In this document: in pieces, positions 20,237 through 30,537 of the stretch | How positions within the stretch are numbered: position 1 is the first letter of the stretch | Layout of the letters: every line of letters starts with the position of its first letter | Source: Candidatus Bathyarchaeota archaeon | Lineage (GTDB): Archaea; Thermoproteota; Bathyarchaeia; Bathyarchaeales; Bathycorpusculaceae | DNA length: 64,000 nt | Direction: 5' to 3' | NCBI GenBank assembly: GCA_963715865.1 | Contig: OY970280.1 | Coordinates: forward strand, 256,001 to 320,000 | Translations under genes and position numbers: made by a program | Notes under the pieces: generated by a model | The model's input: only the letters and a program-made list of their open reading frames with translations | Told to the model about the DNA's origin: nothing | The model's database searches: none

Positions 20237-20344
20237 ATGGCAAGCTTAAGAAAATCCCACGTATGGCTCATAATTGCCCTAACTTTGCTAATCGTTTTGC
20301 CCATTTTTGCTCAGGCTATAACGAGTTACTCTGCAAGTTTTTAA
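20237..20344 (+). pseudogene. 35-aa signal-peptide-only ORF (remnant or micropeptide)
   Basis: MASLRKSHVWLIIALTLLIVLPIFAQAITSYSASF*. Confidence 0.35.
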
Positions 20345-20458
20345 GAATTGCGTAACTGCTGATTTGTTGAAGCCCGGAACAGTTTAGGGGTTAAGCACAG
20401 ACTTTGACGGGTAAAGATTTAAGTGTGACAATCATGCTTTATCAGCAAGGTGCATTAA

Positions 20459-20620
20459 ATGCCAACTCACGGTTCACTATCTAAAGCTGGAAAAGTCCGC
20501 TCTCAAACGCCGAAAATCCAGGCGCAGCAAAAAACAGCGCCAAGCCCAAAAAACCGAAACAGACGCAACTACGAGAAACGCGTGATTCTGCAACGGAAAC
20601 CTGGGCAAAACTGGATGTAA
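20459..20620 (+). CDS. rps30e: 30S ribosomal protein S30e
   Basis: [20 protein letters not shown]...RNYEKR, 53 aa; below the ORF-track cutoff. Confidence 0.95.
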   Translation: MPTHGSLSKAGKVRSQTPKIQAQQKTAPSPKNRNRRNYEKRVILQRKPGQNWM

Positions 20621-20703
20621 GCGTAAAGCAAAACGTTTTTTTCAAGACTAAACAACTCTTTAACGTTAGTGTAGTTTATCTATCACTTAACTAAAATCAT
20701 ATT

Positions 20704-22320
20704 TTGGTACCTTCAACCTTGAAAGACAAAAACGCCTTACATGAAATCATAAACACTCTAATGGAAATGCCGAATCCGACGCGTGAAGAAGCAAACCGCC
20801 TAAAAATAAAAACCGCAGCCAAATACCAACTCCAAGAGGTACCGTCAAACGCTGATTTAATAAGCCTTTTAACGCCAAAAGAAACAAAGCGCCTTTTACC
20901 CATCTTGCGAAGAAAAACCACACGCACAATCTCAGGCGTAACAGTAGTCGCCACAATGACCAAGCCCTACCCATGCCCACAGCCAGAACCATGCGCTTAC
21001 TGCCCAGGAGGACCAACCCAAGGCTCTCCGCAAAGTTACACGGGACATGAACCAGCAGCTATGCGCGGAACCCAAAACAATTTCGACCCGTACCTGCAAG
21101 TCAGAAGCCGCATCGACCAACTCACAGCCATTGGGCACAAAGTAGACAAAATCGAGCTAATCATCATGGGAGGAACATTCCCCGCCACACCCATGCAGTA
21201 CCAAACATGGTTCATCCAACGCTGCCTAGACGCAATAACCGGCAAAGACTCAGCAAGCCTAGAAGAGGCAAAAGCAAACGCTGAAACAAGCAAAACCCGC
21301 AACGTAGGCATAACCGTAGAAACACGTCCAGACTGGGCAAAACAGCAACACGTTGACGCAATGCTTGACATGGGAGTAACACGCATCGAACTTGGCGTAC
21401 AAAACCCAGATGACGAAATCTACCGCTTAGTTGGCAGAACACATACTGTAGCCGACGTAGAAGAAGCAACACGCGCAGCAAAGGATTCAGGATTAAAAAT
21501 CGTTTACCACTTAATGCCTGGAATGCCAGGCTCCAACCCGCAAAAAGACATTGCCGCGTTCAAACGAGTTTTCACAGATTCAGCCTTCAAACCGGACATG
21601 ATAAAAATTTACCCGTGCCTGTGCATAGCAGGCACAAAAGCCTACGGCTGGTACCAAAAAGGCACATACAAACCTTACACAACAGAACAAGCCACAGAAC
21701 TCATCGCTGAAATCAAAAAATTCATCCCGCCATGGGTAAGAGTAATGCGTGTTCAACGCGACATTCCAGCAAGACTCATTTTGGCTGGCGTTAAAAAAAG
21801 CAACCTTCGCCAACTTGTCCATGAGCAACTCAAGGCGCAAGGCTACAAGTGCCAATGCATCCGATGCAGAGAAGTTGGACACCGAATGACAGTCGACCAC
21901 ATCAAACCAGACTTAGAAAAAGTAAAAATCCAATCCATCTGCTATGACGCTTCGGAAGGCAAGGAAATCTTCATTTCAGCCGAAGACCAAGAAAACAAAA
22001 TCCTAATAGGCTACTTACGCTTGCGCGTTCCCTCAGCAAAGGCTCATAGGCCAGAAATCACCGCTATGCCATCCGCCATTGTACGGGAACTTCACGTTTA
22101 CGGTCCACTCGTGCCAGTAGGAAAGCACTCTGCAGGCGCATGGCAGCATAAAGGTTTTGGCGCAGATTTGCTTAAAGAAGCGGAACGGTTGGCACGTGAG
22201 GATTATGATTTGAAAAAGCTTTTAGTTATAAGTGCGTTAGGAACAAGAAGGTATTACATGCGTTTCGGTTACGAGCGCGATGGAGTTTACGTATCCAAAA
22301 AACTGGAGAACCCACTATGA
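20704..22320 (+). CDS. elp3: Elp3 tRNA wobble-uridine acetyltransferase (radical SAM + KAT)
   Basis: CPQPEPCAYCPGG, MGGTF, ETRPD, ELGVQ, KIYP, RELHVYG, QHKGFG. Confidence 0.95.
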   Translation: MVPSTLKDKNALHEIINTLMEMPNPTREEANRLKIKTAAKYQLQEVPSNADLISLLTPKETKRLLPILRRKTTRTISGVTVVATMTKPYPCPQPEPCAYCPGGPTQGSPQSYTGHEPAAMRGTQNNFDPYLQVRSRIDQLTAIGHKVDKIELIIMGGTFPATPMQYQTWFIQRCLDAITGKDSASLEEAKANAETSKTRNVGITVETRPDWAKQQHVDAMLDMGVTRIELGVQNPDDEIYRLVGRTHTVADVEEATRAAKDSGLKIVYHLMPGMPGSNPQKDIAAFKRVFTDSAFKPDMIKIYPCLCIAGTKAYGWYQKGTYKPYTTEQATELIAEIKKFIPPWVRVMRVQRDIPARLILAGVKKSNLRQLVHEQLKAQGYKCQCIRCREVGHRMTVDHIKPDLEKVKIQSICYDASEGKEIFISAEDQENKILIGYLRLRVPSAKAHRPEITAMPSAIVRELHVYGPLVPVGKHSAGAWQHKGFGADLLKEAERLAREDYDLKKLLVISALGTRRYYMRFGYERDGVYVSKKLENPL

Positions 22321-23678
22321 GTCAACTTGAAAATTCAGGTTACAAGGGCTCCGCATTAGAAGCCCTAAAAAAGGCAGACTGCGAAGTTGGCGACATCATA
22401 CGAGTCACCAGCAAAGGCAAAACCTACGAAGGCATCCTTATTCCACGCTCAGAACTAGGCGAAGGCACAAACGTCATCGTTAAAATGAAAAGCGGCTACA
22501 ACATAGGCATCCGCATAACACCAGACGTTAAAATTGAAAAAATTGGAAAAGGAACAAAACCCGCCTTTGCTTCGCCGCCCCTGCCAAAACAGAACCCAGC
22601 TTTGCCCCATGTTGTGATAATGAGCACTGGCGGAACAATCGCCAGCCGAGTTGACTACCGCACAGGAGCAGTACGCTCCGCGCTTTCCGCAAGCGACCTC
22701 TACGGTGTTGTTCCTGAACTTTCTGATGTTGCTCAGGTTGACACCGAGATTGTTTTTAGTTTATACAGTGAAAACATAACCCAAAAGCATTGGAAAGAAC
22801 TTGCAGAAACAGTAGCGAAGCGCATAGAAGCAGGCGTTGATGGCGTGGTGATTGCACATGGCACAGACACGATGGCTTACACTTCGGCTGCACTGAGCTT
22901 CGCACTGCAAAACCTGCCTGTTCCAGTAGTAGTTGTTGGCGCTCAACGTTCCTCTGACCGACCGAGCAGTGACGCAGCAACAAACCTGATTGGCGCAGTG
23001 AAAGCCGCTGGAGAGGCACCGTTCGCCGAAGTGGCCTTAGCCATGCATGAAAACGTTTCCGACACCGCTATTGCCCTTCACAGGGGAACAAAAGTCCGCA
23101 AATGCCACACAAGCCGAAGAGACACATTCAAATCCATCAACGGCTTCCCAATCGCAAGAGTAAAAGACCAACAAATAACCATGCTAACAAACGAGTACCA
23201 GCACCGCGACGCCTCAAAAAAGCTAATTCTCAAACCAAATTTCAGCGAAAAAGCCGCTTTAATCAAGTTTTACCCTGGGCTTGACCCAGCAATCATCGAC
23301 TATTATGTTGACAAAGGCGCAAAGGGCATTTTGCTTGAAGGTTCAGGTTTGGGTCACGTGAGCAAATACTGCTTTGACAGCATCAAAAATGCTGTGGCAA
23401 AAGGCGTCGTCGTTGCGTTGGCTTCCCAATGCATTTGGGGACGTGTCAACATGAACGTGTATGATACAGGCAGAGATTTGTTATCCTTCGGTGTAATCCC
23501 ATTGGATGACATGTTCCCTGAAACAGCACTTGTTAAACTCATGTGGGTTTTAGGACAAACCAAAGATGCAAAAGAAGCCATTAAGCTTCTGAAAACTAAC
23601 ATTGCAGGAGAATTCTCGCCGAGAACGCTTCCTCAAGAAAACATCTTTGAAGGAGGAGAAAAAACCGTTGGCAATTGA
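22317..23678 (+). CDS. gatD: Glu-tRNA(Gln) amidotransferase subunit D
   Basis: STGGTIASRVDYRTG, HGTDT, SSDRPSSDA. Confidence 0.96.
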   Translation: MSQLENSGYKGSALEALKKADCEVGDIIRVTSKGKTYEGILIPRSELGEGTNVIVKMKSGYNIGIRITPDVKIEKIGKGTKPAFASPPLPKQNPALPHVVIMSTGGTIASRVDYRTGAVRSALSASDLYGVVPELSDVAQVDTEIVFSLYSENITQKHWKELAETVAKRIEAGVDGVVIAHGTDTMAYTSAALSFALQNLPVPVVVVGAQRSSDRPSSDAATNLIGAVKAAGEAPFAEVALAMHENVSDTAIALHRGTKVRKCHTSRRDTFKSINGFPIARVKDQQITMLTNEYQHRDASKKLILKPNFSEKAALIKFYPGLDPAIIDYYVDKGAKGILLEGSGLGHVSKYCFDSIKNAVAKGVVVALASQCIWGRVNMNVYDTGRDLLSFGVIPLDDMFPETALVKLMWVLGQTKDAKEAIKLLKTNIAGEFSPRTLPQENIFEGGEKTVGN

Positions 23679-25563
23679 CTACGCTAAAGTAGGGTTAAAA
23701 GTCGGTTTAGAAATTCACCAGCAATTAAACGCTAAAACAAAACTGTTCTGCAGTTGCCCATGTGAACTCTTTAAAGAAGAGCCAGAAATTACTTTTCTGC
23801 GCAGGCTGAGACCAACTCAAAGCGAACTAGGCCAAATTGACCCAGCAGCCTATTTTGAATTCCAAAAAGGCGTAAAAATCCTCTACGAAGCAAACAAAAC
23901 AAGCGCATGCCTTGTGGAAATGGATGAGGAACCGCCACACCCCATAAACATGGACGCTGTTGAGGTGGTTTTAACTGCTTCGTTAATGATGAATATGCAA
24001 CCGGTTGATGAAGTTCATGTTATGCGCAAAACCGTCATAGATGGCTCCAACACCACCGGTTTCCAGCGTACATGCATTATTGCATTGGATGGTTGGATTA
24101 AGGTCGGAGAAAAAACCATTCTAATCCAAGCGGCAAGCTTGGAAGAGGACGCAGCACGCAAAACAGGAACGCAAGACGAGGGGAAAACCATTCGTTACCG
24201 CATTGACCGTTTAGGAATACCGCTCATTGAAGTTGCAACTGCACCAGTAATCTACTCGCCAATGGAAGCGCAAGAAGTAGCGTTCGCCATCGGCAGGATT
24301 CTACGTGATACGGGCAAAGTCATGCGTGGTTTAGGCACGATACGTCAGGACTTGAACGTGTCCTTGCCAAATGGCGCTTTGATTGAGATTAAAGGTGTCC
24401 AAGAGCTTGAGTTGATTTCGAAAGTTGTGGAGTATGAGGTTCAACGCCAACTTGGGCTTATCGCCGTGAAGGAAGAACTGCAAAAAAGAGGCGTTAAAGC
24501 CGAGGACTTAAAAGGAGCCTTTGTTGACATCACAGAAGTTTTCAAGCAAACAAAATGCAAAGTCATCCGTAAAGCGGTAGATAAAAACCAGAAAGTCATG
24601 GCTGTTAAACTGCCAAAGTTCGGTGGACTCTTAAAACGTGAGCTTATGCCTGACTTTCGCGTTGGAACCGAGCTTTCGGACAGGGCAAAGTTCTGGGGCA
24701 GAGTTGGCGGAATATTCCACACTGACGAAATGCCAAATTACGGTATCACCGCTGAAGAAGTAGGCGCATTGCAAAAAGCGGTCGATGCAGGCGAATTGGA
24801 TGCTGTAGTTTTCGTGGCTGATACAGCAGAAAACGTTTTGGATGCCTTAAAAGCCGTTGTTGAACGTGCACAAGAAGCAGTTACAGGTGTTCCAGCTGAA
24901 ACTCGCACTGCAAAAGACGATGGAACAACACGGTACATGCGCCCAAGACCTGGCGCAGCAAGAATGTACCCTGAAACCGACATCCCGCCAACATTGATAA
25001 CTGACGAATTAGTAGAGAAAGTTCGGAAGAATTTGCCTGAACCTGCAGAAAAGAAACTCTCACGCTTGATTAAGCAGTACGGTTTGAATGAAAAGTTAGC
25101 CAAGCAACTTGCCGACTCAGAATATAACCTTCTTTTCGAAGACATAGCGAAGGAAACTGCCGTTCAAGCTTCAACAATTGCAGCGTTTTTAACTGAAACT
25201 TTAAAGGCTCTAAAACGAGAAGGAGTCCAAGTGGAGAAAGTCGAAGAAGACCAAATAAAAAGTATTTTCAAAGTTGTCGGTTCAGGAGAACTCGCCAAAG
25301 AAGCTGTAGCAGACGTTTTCAGTTGGCTTTCAAAGAACGAAGATAAAAGCGTGCAAGATGCTGTAGACGCTTTAGGCTTGAAAATGTACACCGAAACTGA
25401 ACTGGCGCCGATTGTTGACCGCGTGGTCGCAGCTAACAAGCAATCAGTTGACAAGACGGGTAAGAACGCTTACGGAATGCTTATGGGCGCTGTAATGAAG
25501 GAAGTCCGAGGAAAAGCTAATCCTGAATTAGTCGCCAAACTTTTAAGGGAACGCCTCAAATAA
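23668..25563 (+). CDS. gatE: Glu-tRNA(Gln) amidotransferase subunit E
   Basis: GLEIHQQL, DGSNTTGFQRT, RLGIPLIE, RPGAARMYPETD; TTG 23668 follows an aggaggag RBS. Confidence 0.96.
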   Translation: MAIDYAKVGLKVGLEIHQQLNAKTKLFCSCPCELFKEEPEITFLRRLRPTQSELGQIDPAAYFEFQKGVKILYEANKTSACLVEMDEEPPHPINMDAVEVVLTASLMMNMQPVDEVHVMRKTVIDGSNTTGFQRTCIIALDGWIKVGEKTILIQAASLEEDAARKTGTQDEGKTIRYRIDRLGIPLIEVATAPVIYSPMEAQEVAFAIGRILRDTGKVMRGLGTIRQDLNVSLPNGALIEIKGVQELELISKVVEYEVQRQLGLIAVKEELQKRGVKAEDLKGAFVDITEVFKQTKCKVIRKAVDKNQKVMAVKLPKFGGLLKRELMPDFRVGTELSDRAKFWGRVGGIFHTDEMPNYGITAEEVGALQKAVDAGELDAVVFVADTAENVLDALKAVVERAQEAVTGVPAETRTAKDDGTTRYMRPRPGAARMYPETDIPPTLITDELVEKVRKNLPEPAEKKLSRLIKQYGLNEKLAKQLADSEYNLLFEDIAKETAVQASTIAAFLTETLKALKREGVQVEKVEEDQIKSIFKVVGSGELAKEAVADVFSWLSKNEDKSVQDAVDALGLKMYTETELAPIVDRVVAANKQSVDKTGKNAYGMLMGAVMKEVRGKANPELVAKLLRERLK

Positions 25564-25652
25564 CCCTGTTTTTTCCTGCAAAAACCAGCGCTGAGACGCA
25601 AATCCTAAAAAGGCTTAACATAGCTTATAGCATAAAAGAGGCTTAACTCTTA

Positions 25653-26123
25653 ATGAAGCGCATTGAAGCACGCATAAAAACTCCTTTCGGAGAAGTCGTC
25701 ATCGAAGGCGAAAATCCCCAAGAAATCCTTGACATGCTTGAAACTATGCCAGAAAACTTTGTTGAGAAACTATCAGACTTTGTATCCAGCAGGCTAACAC
25801 CATCAGGAGCACAGTTAAAAGGCATCGTTGAACCCACAACCGCAGGCCCAGTAATAGTCACACGCGAAAACCTCACCCATTACGAAGCAGTAGGCTTAGT
25901 TCTATACGCTTCCGAAGAGCGAAAAAACACAGCAGCGCAAGTAACTAAGCTTTTGGAGTCCAGCGGAATAAAAAGCATGGTTCCCGCGCGATTGAATGAG
26001 ATGACTAAACGAGGGCAAGTGTTCAAGCCAGACCCGAATAAGCCGGAGTTCAAGCTTACAATTCAAGGAGAGAAATGGATTGAAGAAGAAGTTATCTCGA
26101 AGCTTAGAGGCAAAATGAGTTGA
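25653..26123 (+). CDS. Hypothetical winged-helix protein A
   Basis: C-terminal ARLNEMTKRGQV.K...FKLTIQG wHTH-like pattern. Confidence 0.6.
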   Translation: MKRIEARIKTPFGEVVIEGENPQEILDMLETMPENFVEKLSDFVSSRLTPSGAQLKGIVEPTTAGPVIVTRENLTHYEAVGLVLYASEERKNTAAQVTKLLESSGIKSMVPARLNEMTKRGQVFKPDPNKPEFKLTIQGEKWIEEEVISKLRGKMS

Positions 26124-26632
26124 GCGAAAAACCAGAAAAAATCCAAGTTCAAATCAAATATAAAGAAATTGAGCAACAGTTTTCCGCTGACCCGCAAGAC
26201 GCATGGCTTCTGATAAACCAGTTCTTCAAAGACTTTATTCCCTCATTTGAAATTGCCCAAAAACTTTGGCTCAGCATCGACCTTCAACAACTCGCCAAAG
26301 ACCTAAATGGCATAGCGGCTTTTTCAACCGACGGGGCAAGCTTGCTGGTGCCTAAGAACAAGTTAACAGATAATGAGACTTTATCGATTTGGCTAACAGC
26401 CTATTACCTTGGGCATAAACTAGGCATGGTCAACAGCGATTCTCTATCGAAAGATGAGTTGCAGATGAAGCTTGGGAAAAGCGGCAAAATAACCAGCACA
26501 CGCTTAGGTGAGCTAGCTAAAAATGGCATTGTGCTGAAGACTGCTGACGAAAGGTTTAGAATAACAACCTATGGCGTTGTCCAAACGCAAAAAGAAATTA
26601 TTCCAAGAATCAAATCAAAAATTAACGCCTAA
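26120..26632 (+). CDS. Hypothetical winged-helix protein B (paralog-like of A)
   Basis: TRLGELAKNGIVLK...FRITTYG; TTGA overlap with A. Confidence 0.6.
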   Translation: MSEKPEKIQVQIKYKEIEQQFSADPQDAWLLINQFFKDFIPSFEIAQKLWLSIDLQQLAKDLNGIAAFSTDGASLLVPKNKLTDNETLSIWLTAYYLGHKLGMVNSDSLSKDELQMKLGKSGKITSTRLGELAKNGIVLKTADERFRITTYGVVQTQKEIIPRIKSKINA

Positions 26633-26708
26633 ATTTTTTTCGGGCTTAACTGTATAGAAAAAATATATTACTTACTTGCTACACACTTTTTCTTGAGGTT
26701 CACTAAAA

Positions 26709-26963
26709 ATGAATTCTGCAATCTTAATGTCGATAATTTATTCTATTCTAAGCAGCTTGGGACTTCCCTCCGGATTTGACCTAACTTTCCTAATCATTCT
26801 AGTCATAATTGGCTTGATAATTGTAATTCTCATAAAGCTGTTTCTGGTTCTGATTCCTGCAATTCTCGTTGCTGTCGTCGTGTATTTCCTCACGGGCGAT
26901 CTCTTTTGGACTGGCATTGCCTTCTTAGTAGTTGCAGCCTTATCGATTCTATCCAAACTCTGA
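26709..26963 (+). CDS. Small hydrophobic membrane protein
   Basis: 84 aa, almost wholly hydrophobic. Confidence 0.65.
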   Translation: MNSAILMSIIYSILSSLGLPSGFDLTFLIILVIIGLIIVILIKLFLVLIPAILVAVVVYFLTGDLFWTGIAFLVVAALSILSKL

Positions 26964-27165
26964 AACACCACTAAAAATCATTTCTTTTCTTTTTATTTAA
27001 CCACTTAAGTTGACGAACGCTTTTCCTCACTTTATTCTCTAAAGAAGCCTGATTTTAGATCTTACAATCAAGGTCTTTTTATGTTCGGTTGCAGGTCTTT
27101 CATAAGACTTTTATATTGGGTAGGGGGTTTTGGATATTACAAGAATTGGACTAGGACACGGTAAT

Positions 27166-27408
27166 ATGATGGAACCAAGCAAGAAACCGTTGAACGTTCT
27201 CATAAAACAGTTGCACGGAAATATTGAAGTTGTTCTCAAAAATGGGTATGAATATAAGGGAAAAATGATAAAATGTGATGGGCACATGAATATTCTTCTT
27301 GAAGGCGCAAACGAATGCAAAGATGAGCAATTGATGACAAATTACGGCAATGTGCTGCTCCGCGGAAACAACATCCTCTACATTGTGCTAGACGCCGACA
27401 AGCATTAA
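27166..27408 (+). CDS. Sm-like (LSm/SmAP) RNA-binding protein
   Basis: IEVVLKNGYEYKGKM...DGHMNILL, YGNVLLRGNNILYI (Sm1/Sm2); ATG 27166 or 27169. Confidence 0.9.
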   Translation: MMEPSKKPLNVLIKQLHGNIEVVLKNGYEYKGKMIKCDGHMNILLEGANECKDEQLMTNYGNVLLRGNNILYIVLDADKH

Positions 27409-28304
27409 ATAGCCAAGCTTCTGGCTTTTCCAGTTACGTAATCGCAGGCTTCCTTAGCCACCACTTTTACATTGAACTTGCGATTGAAAAAAGTAAGTAT
27501 ATTTTTAAGGTCGCGCTCAAGCAATTCCTCAGCATTCGCGTGATCAATCGTTACGTATTGTGGCCAGTCAATGATGAGGATGTGCCCATCAGGTTTTAGG
27601 ATGATGTTGTATTCGCTGAGGTCTGCGTGGATAACGTGCGCTTTCAAGTAAGTCTTCCTTACATTGCGCAGAACTTCTTTTAGGATTTTTTCAGGTTTTG
27701 GTATTTCTTTGTATTTGGATAATTCTGCTCCTTCAATCATTCCCATAGCTATTACATGCCTGTTTTGGCTTATGGGCTCTGGCACTGAAACGCCGTTTTT
27801 GTAAACAAGTTGCATTGCTTGGAACTCTTTCTCTGCTGCTAAATGCGATTGGAAAAGCCAAGTGGAGTGTTCTCTTGTGTAGCCTCTTTTTCTTCTTGTT
27901 TGCCTAAAGCTTATTCTTCCTATCCTGTGAAATTTTACTGCTATGCGTCTGCCGTCGGAGCTTAATGCGTCATAAACATCTGCTTCTTTTCCTACACCTA
28001 AGGTTTGCCCGAAAGATTCGATTACTCCTGCTTTGACAAGCGTGTTTATTGCTAAGCAATCGTAGCCTGCATAGTTCAATGTGTGCCCAATATAGGCTCC
28101 TTTTGTTTGGTAGATTAAGCCTAGCTTGTTTAGTTTGCTCAATGTAAAGTCTATGCGGTCCATGGGAAGTTTTGCGTATTTTTGTATTTGTTCTGTTGGT
28201 ACAAATTCGCGTTTGCTCATTGCTGCTTCGATAATGTTGAGTATTCTGAAATCTTCGCTTTCCAGTTTGCGGAATACTTGGACTGCTACTTCAGCACTTG
28301 ACAT
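27405..28304 (-). CDS. rio2: RIO2-type Ser/Thr kinase with N-terminal wHTH
   Basis: GYDCLA, GVGKEADVY, VKFHR, HADLSEYNI, IIDWPQ. Confidence 0.92.
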   Translation of the reverse strand: MSSAEVAVQVFRKLESEDFRILNIIEAAMSKREFVPTEQIQKYAKLPMDRIDFTLSKLNKLGLIYQTKGAYIGHTLNYAGYDCLAINTLVKAGVIESFGQTLGVGKEADVYDALSSDGRRIAVKFHRIGRISFRQTRRKRGYTREHSTWLFQSHLAAEKEFQAMQLVYKNGVSVPEPISQNRHVIAMGMIEGAELSKYKEIPKPEKILKEVLRNVRKTYLKAHVIHADLSEYNIILKPDGHILIIDWPQYVTIDHANAEELLERDLKNILTFFNRKFNVKVVAKEACDYVTGKARSLAI

Positions 28305-28461
28305 ACCTATGATATAGGTTGCTTTTCACTATTAAGATTGTTTTTCCTATCATTATCAGAGTTTTTTGGGTTGGACTTATATGGGAGTATTATGTTTATG
28401 GTGCTATATGTCAAAACCGTCCATCATTTACATGTTTAATTGTAACACTAGGTTTTGAAAC

Positions 28462-29184
28462 ATGGCAGTAGATCAAGAAAACATTTCGAAGGTACTTTCA
28501 ATCCTTTCGCATCCATTGCGAAGGGAAATATTACTAAACCTTAGCGAAAATAGCGAGTCATCTTTCACTGACCTGCTGAACTTGCTAAAGGTTGATACTG
28601 GAAAGCTGAGTTTCCACCTTCGCTCGTTAGCGGCTTTCATAGAGCAAACCCCTACGGGCAAGTACAAGTTAAGCAGGGCTGGTGAAAGCGCCGTAAGAGT
28701 TATTCATGATGTCGAAGGTTGGGCAGAAGTTGCGGATGTGCAAAGAAGAGAAAGCCAACTTCCGCTTGCTTCTTTTAAAAAGAGAGTTTTAGCTTTTGTG
28801 ATTGATTTCGCGTTGATGTTAGCAATTACGATGGCAATTACTTATCTTCCAGAGGTGCTTTCTCTTTCTATTGCAGATTTCTTGGGCAGGGGAGCTAGCG
28901 AGGTGATTTTCATTACGGTCGGTCTTCTTTGGCTTTACTCCACTTTGCTTGAAGGATTCAACGGTCAAAGCTTAGGCAAACGCATTATGGGTCTAAAGGT
29001 CGTTAGAACTGACGGAAAGAAAATGTCCTATGACCATGCAGCAGTGAGGAACTTTGGGAAAGTTTTACCCTTGTTGCCCTTTGACTTAATTGTTGGGTGG
29101 CGACTGAAAAACTGCACATTCATGAGGTACTTTGACAAGTTCGCTGGTACAACCGTTATTGACTTGCGTTTTCATCTCCGCTAA
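28462..29184 (+). CDS. ArsR-type HTH fused to an RDD membrane domain
   Basis: LSHPLRREIL...LSFHL; RVLAFVID, GQSLGKRIMGLKVV, DKFAGTTVI. Confidence 0.8.
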   Translation: MAVDQENISKVLSILSHPLRREILLNLSENSESSFTDLLNLLKVDTGKLSFHLRSLAAFIEQTPTGKYKLSRAGESAVRVIHDVEGWAEVADVQRRESQLPLASFKKRVLAFVIDFALMLAITMAITYLPEVLSLSIADFLGRGASEVIFITVGLLWLYSTLLEGFNGQSLGKRIMGLKVVRTDGKKMSYDHAAVRNFGKVLPLLPFDLIVGWRLKNCTFMRYFDKFAGTTVIDLRFHLR

Positions 29185-29257
29185 GTTGTTCCCTTTCATT
29201 TTTAATGTAAAATCTTATTTGCTGCAGATGCAATAGCCTTCTACTGGAGAAATTCAC

Positions 29258-29722
29258 ATGAGCGACAAGGAACTTCGGGTTTCAAAAATCAAAGACGGCA
29301 CCGTCATTGATCATATTAGGGGCGGATACGCGTTGGATGTTATTAAGATTTTAGGGATAACAGGTAAGGAGAAACGGGTTATTACTATTGCCATTAATGT
29401 TCCAAGCAAACGTTTCGGAGTTAAGGATATTTTGAAGATTGAGGGTCGAGCGCTTAACTCGCAGGAAGTTAACAAGATTGCTTTGGTTGCTCCTCACGCA
29501 TCAATTAACATTATTCATAATTACACGGTTGTTGAAAAGTTGGAGGTTAAATTGCCGAAGGCTATTGAAGGGATAGTTAAATGCGTAAATCCTTGTTGTA
29601 TAAGTAACAGTGATGAACCTGTCGTTTCAAAATTTTACGTTAAGAGTGAGGAACCTTTATTGTTGAAGTGCCATTATTGCGGTATTACTTTGGAACAGGC
29701 TGATGTTCTCCAGCAACTCTAA
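29258..29722 (+). CDS. pyrI: Aspartate carbamoyltransferase regulatory chain
   Basis: IKDGTVIDHI, KDILKIE, CVNPCCISN, CHYC. Confidence 0.95.
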   Translation: MSDKELRVSKIKDGTVIDHIRGGYALDVIKILGITGKEKRVITIAINVPSKRFGVKDILKIEGRALNSQEVNKIALVAPHASINIIHNYTVVEKLEVKLPKAIEGIVKCVNPCCISNSDEPVVSKFYVKSEEPLLLKCHYCGITLEQADVLQQL

Positions 29723-29731
29723 CAATGAGCT

Positions 29732-30157
29732 TTATCCCAATCTTTCTTGCGCCAGTTCAAACAACTTTTTAAAATCTTTTTCCTGAACCACTTTTCCCTG
29801 ATTTATTCCCGGGCACTCAAGCGTAAAATCAAAAATATGCAGCAACTTGTCTTTGTCAAATTTTAATTCAAACGGGTAAAACGCGCAAATCAAAGGTCTT
29901 AACTGGTAAATGCTGCATCGGTTGTCTTTTAAGAAGACGCATTTGCCTTCACTTGTCTTTTTTATCTCATAAGCGTAAGGAAACTTATCCTTAATTTCCA
30001 TTGAAAAATCAGGAATAGACAGGGAAGTTTGTGAGGAAATTTTTTTGGCTTCGGTTTCTAACAGGAGAATGCGCCTTGTTTTTTGTTTGGTGTCACCGCA
30101 GCATAAACCACATCTGTTGCAATCGAACCGTATATTAGCAGGATAGGTAAAGTCCAC
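29732..30157 (-). CDS. YkgJ-family cysteine-cluster protein
   Basis: CNRCGLCC, CVFL, CSIYQLRPLICAFYPF, CPG. Confidence 0.85.
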   Translation of the reverse strand: MDFTYPANIRFDCNRCGLCCGDTKQKTRRILLLETEAKKISSQTSLSIPDFSMEIKDKFPYAYEIKKTSEGKCVFLKDNRCSIYQLRPLICAFYPFELKFDKDKLLHIFDFTLECPGINQGKVVQEKDFKKLFELAQERLG

Positions 30158-30228
30158 TTTTGTTCAACATGTTATAGTTTAGAGGAGTGCCATAAAAACT
30201 TCTTGAGCTAACTTTTATTTTCTTCAGG

Positions 30229-30537
30229 CTATTTGTTGCGATGTCCTTCTCCATACTGGAAAGGACGGTTAAGGTTTTTCTCAAGTTTTCTCTGGAATAC
30301 TTCGTCCATGTTCACTGTTGGGCATGCTAAGCGGCTTGCATCTAAAACGTAAAAGACGACATCGATTAGTTCTTCAGCTATTTTTTCCTCAGGCAAACCT
30401 TTTTTCCAAGCGTCACTAGCTTCGCCTAGCTCTATGAAGGCAAAAAGCAGTTTTCTAGGAATATCTTCAGGCTTATTATAGAACCCTTTCGCAATGACAA
30501 GAGATTCAATTTCCTTCTTCATTTCTTCTAAATGCAA
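30229..30537 (-). CDS. MazG-like nucleotide pyrophosphohydrolase
   Basis: ELGEASDAW...AEELIDV; KLEKN..R. Confidence 0.8.
   Translation of the reverse strand: MHLEEMKKEIESLVIAKGFYNKPEDIPRKLLFAFIELGEASDAWKKGLPEEKIAEELIDVVFYVLDASRLACPTVNMDEVFQRKLEKNLNRPFQYGEGHRNK

Noticed and set aside
23602-23667. Longer GatE start
   Set aside because: Lies inside gatD; RBS and homology point to TTG 23668
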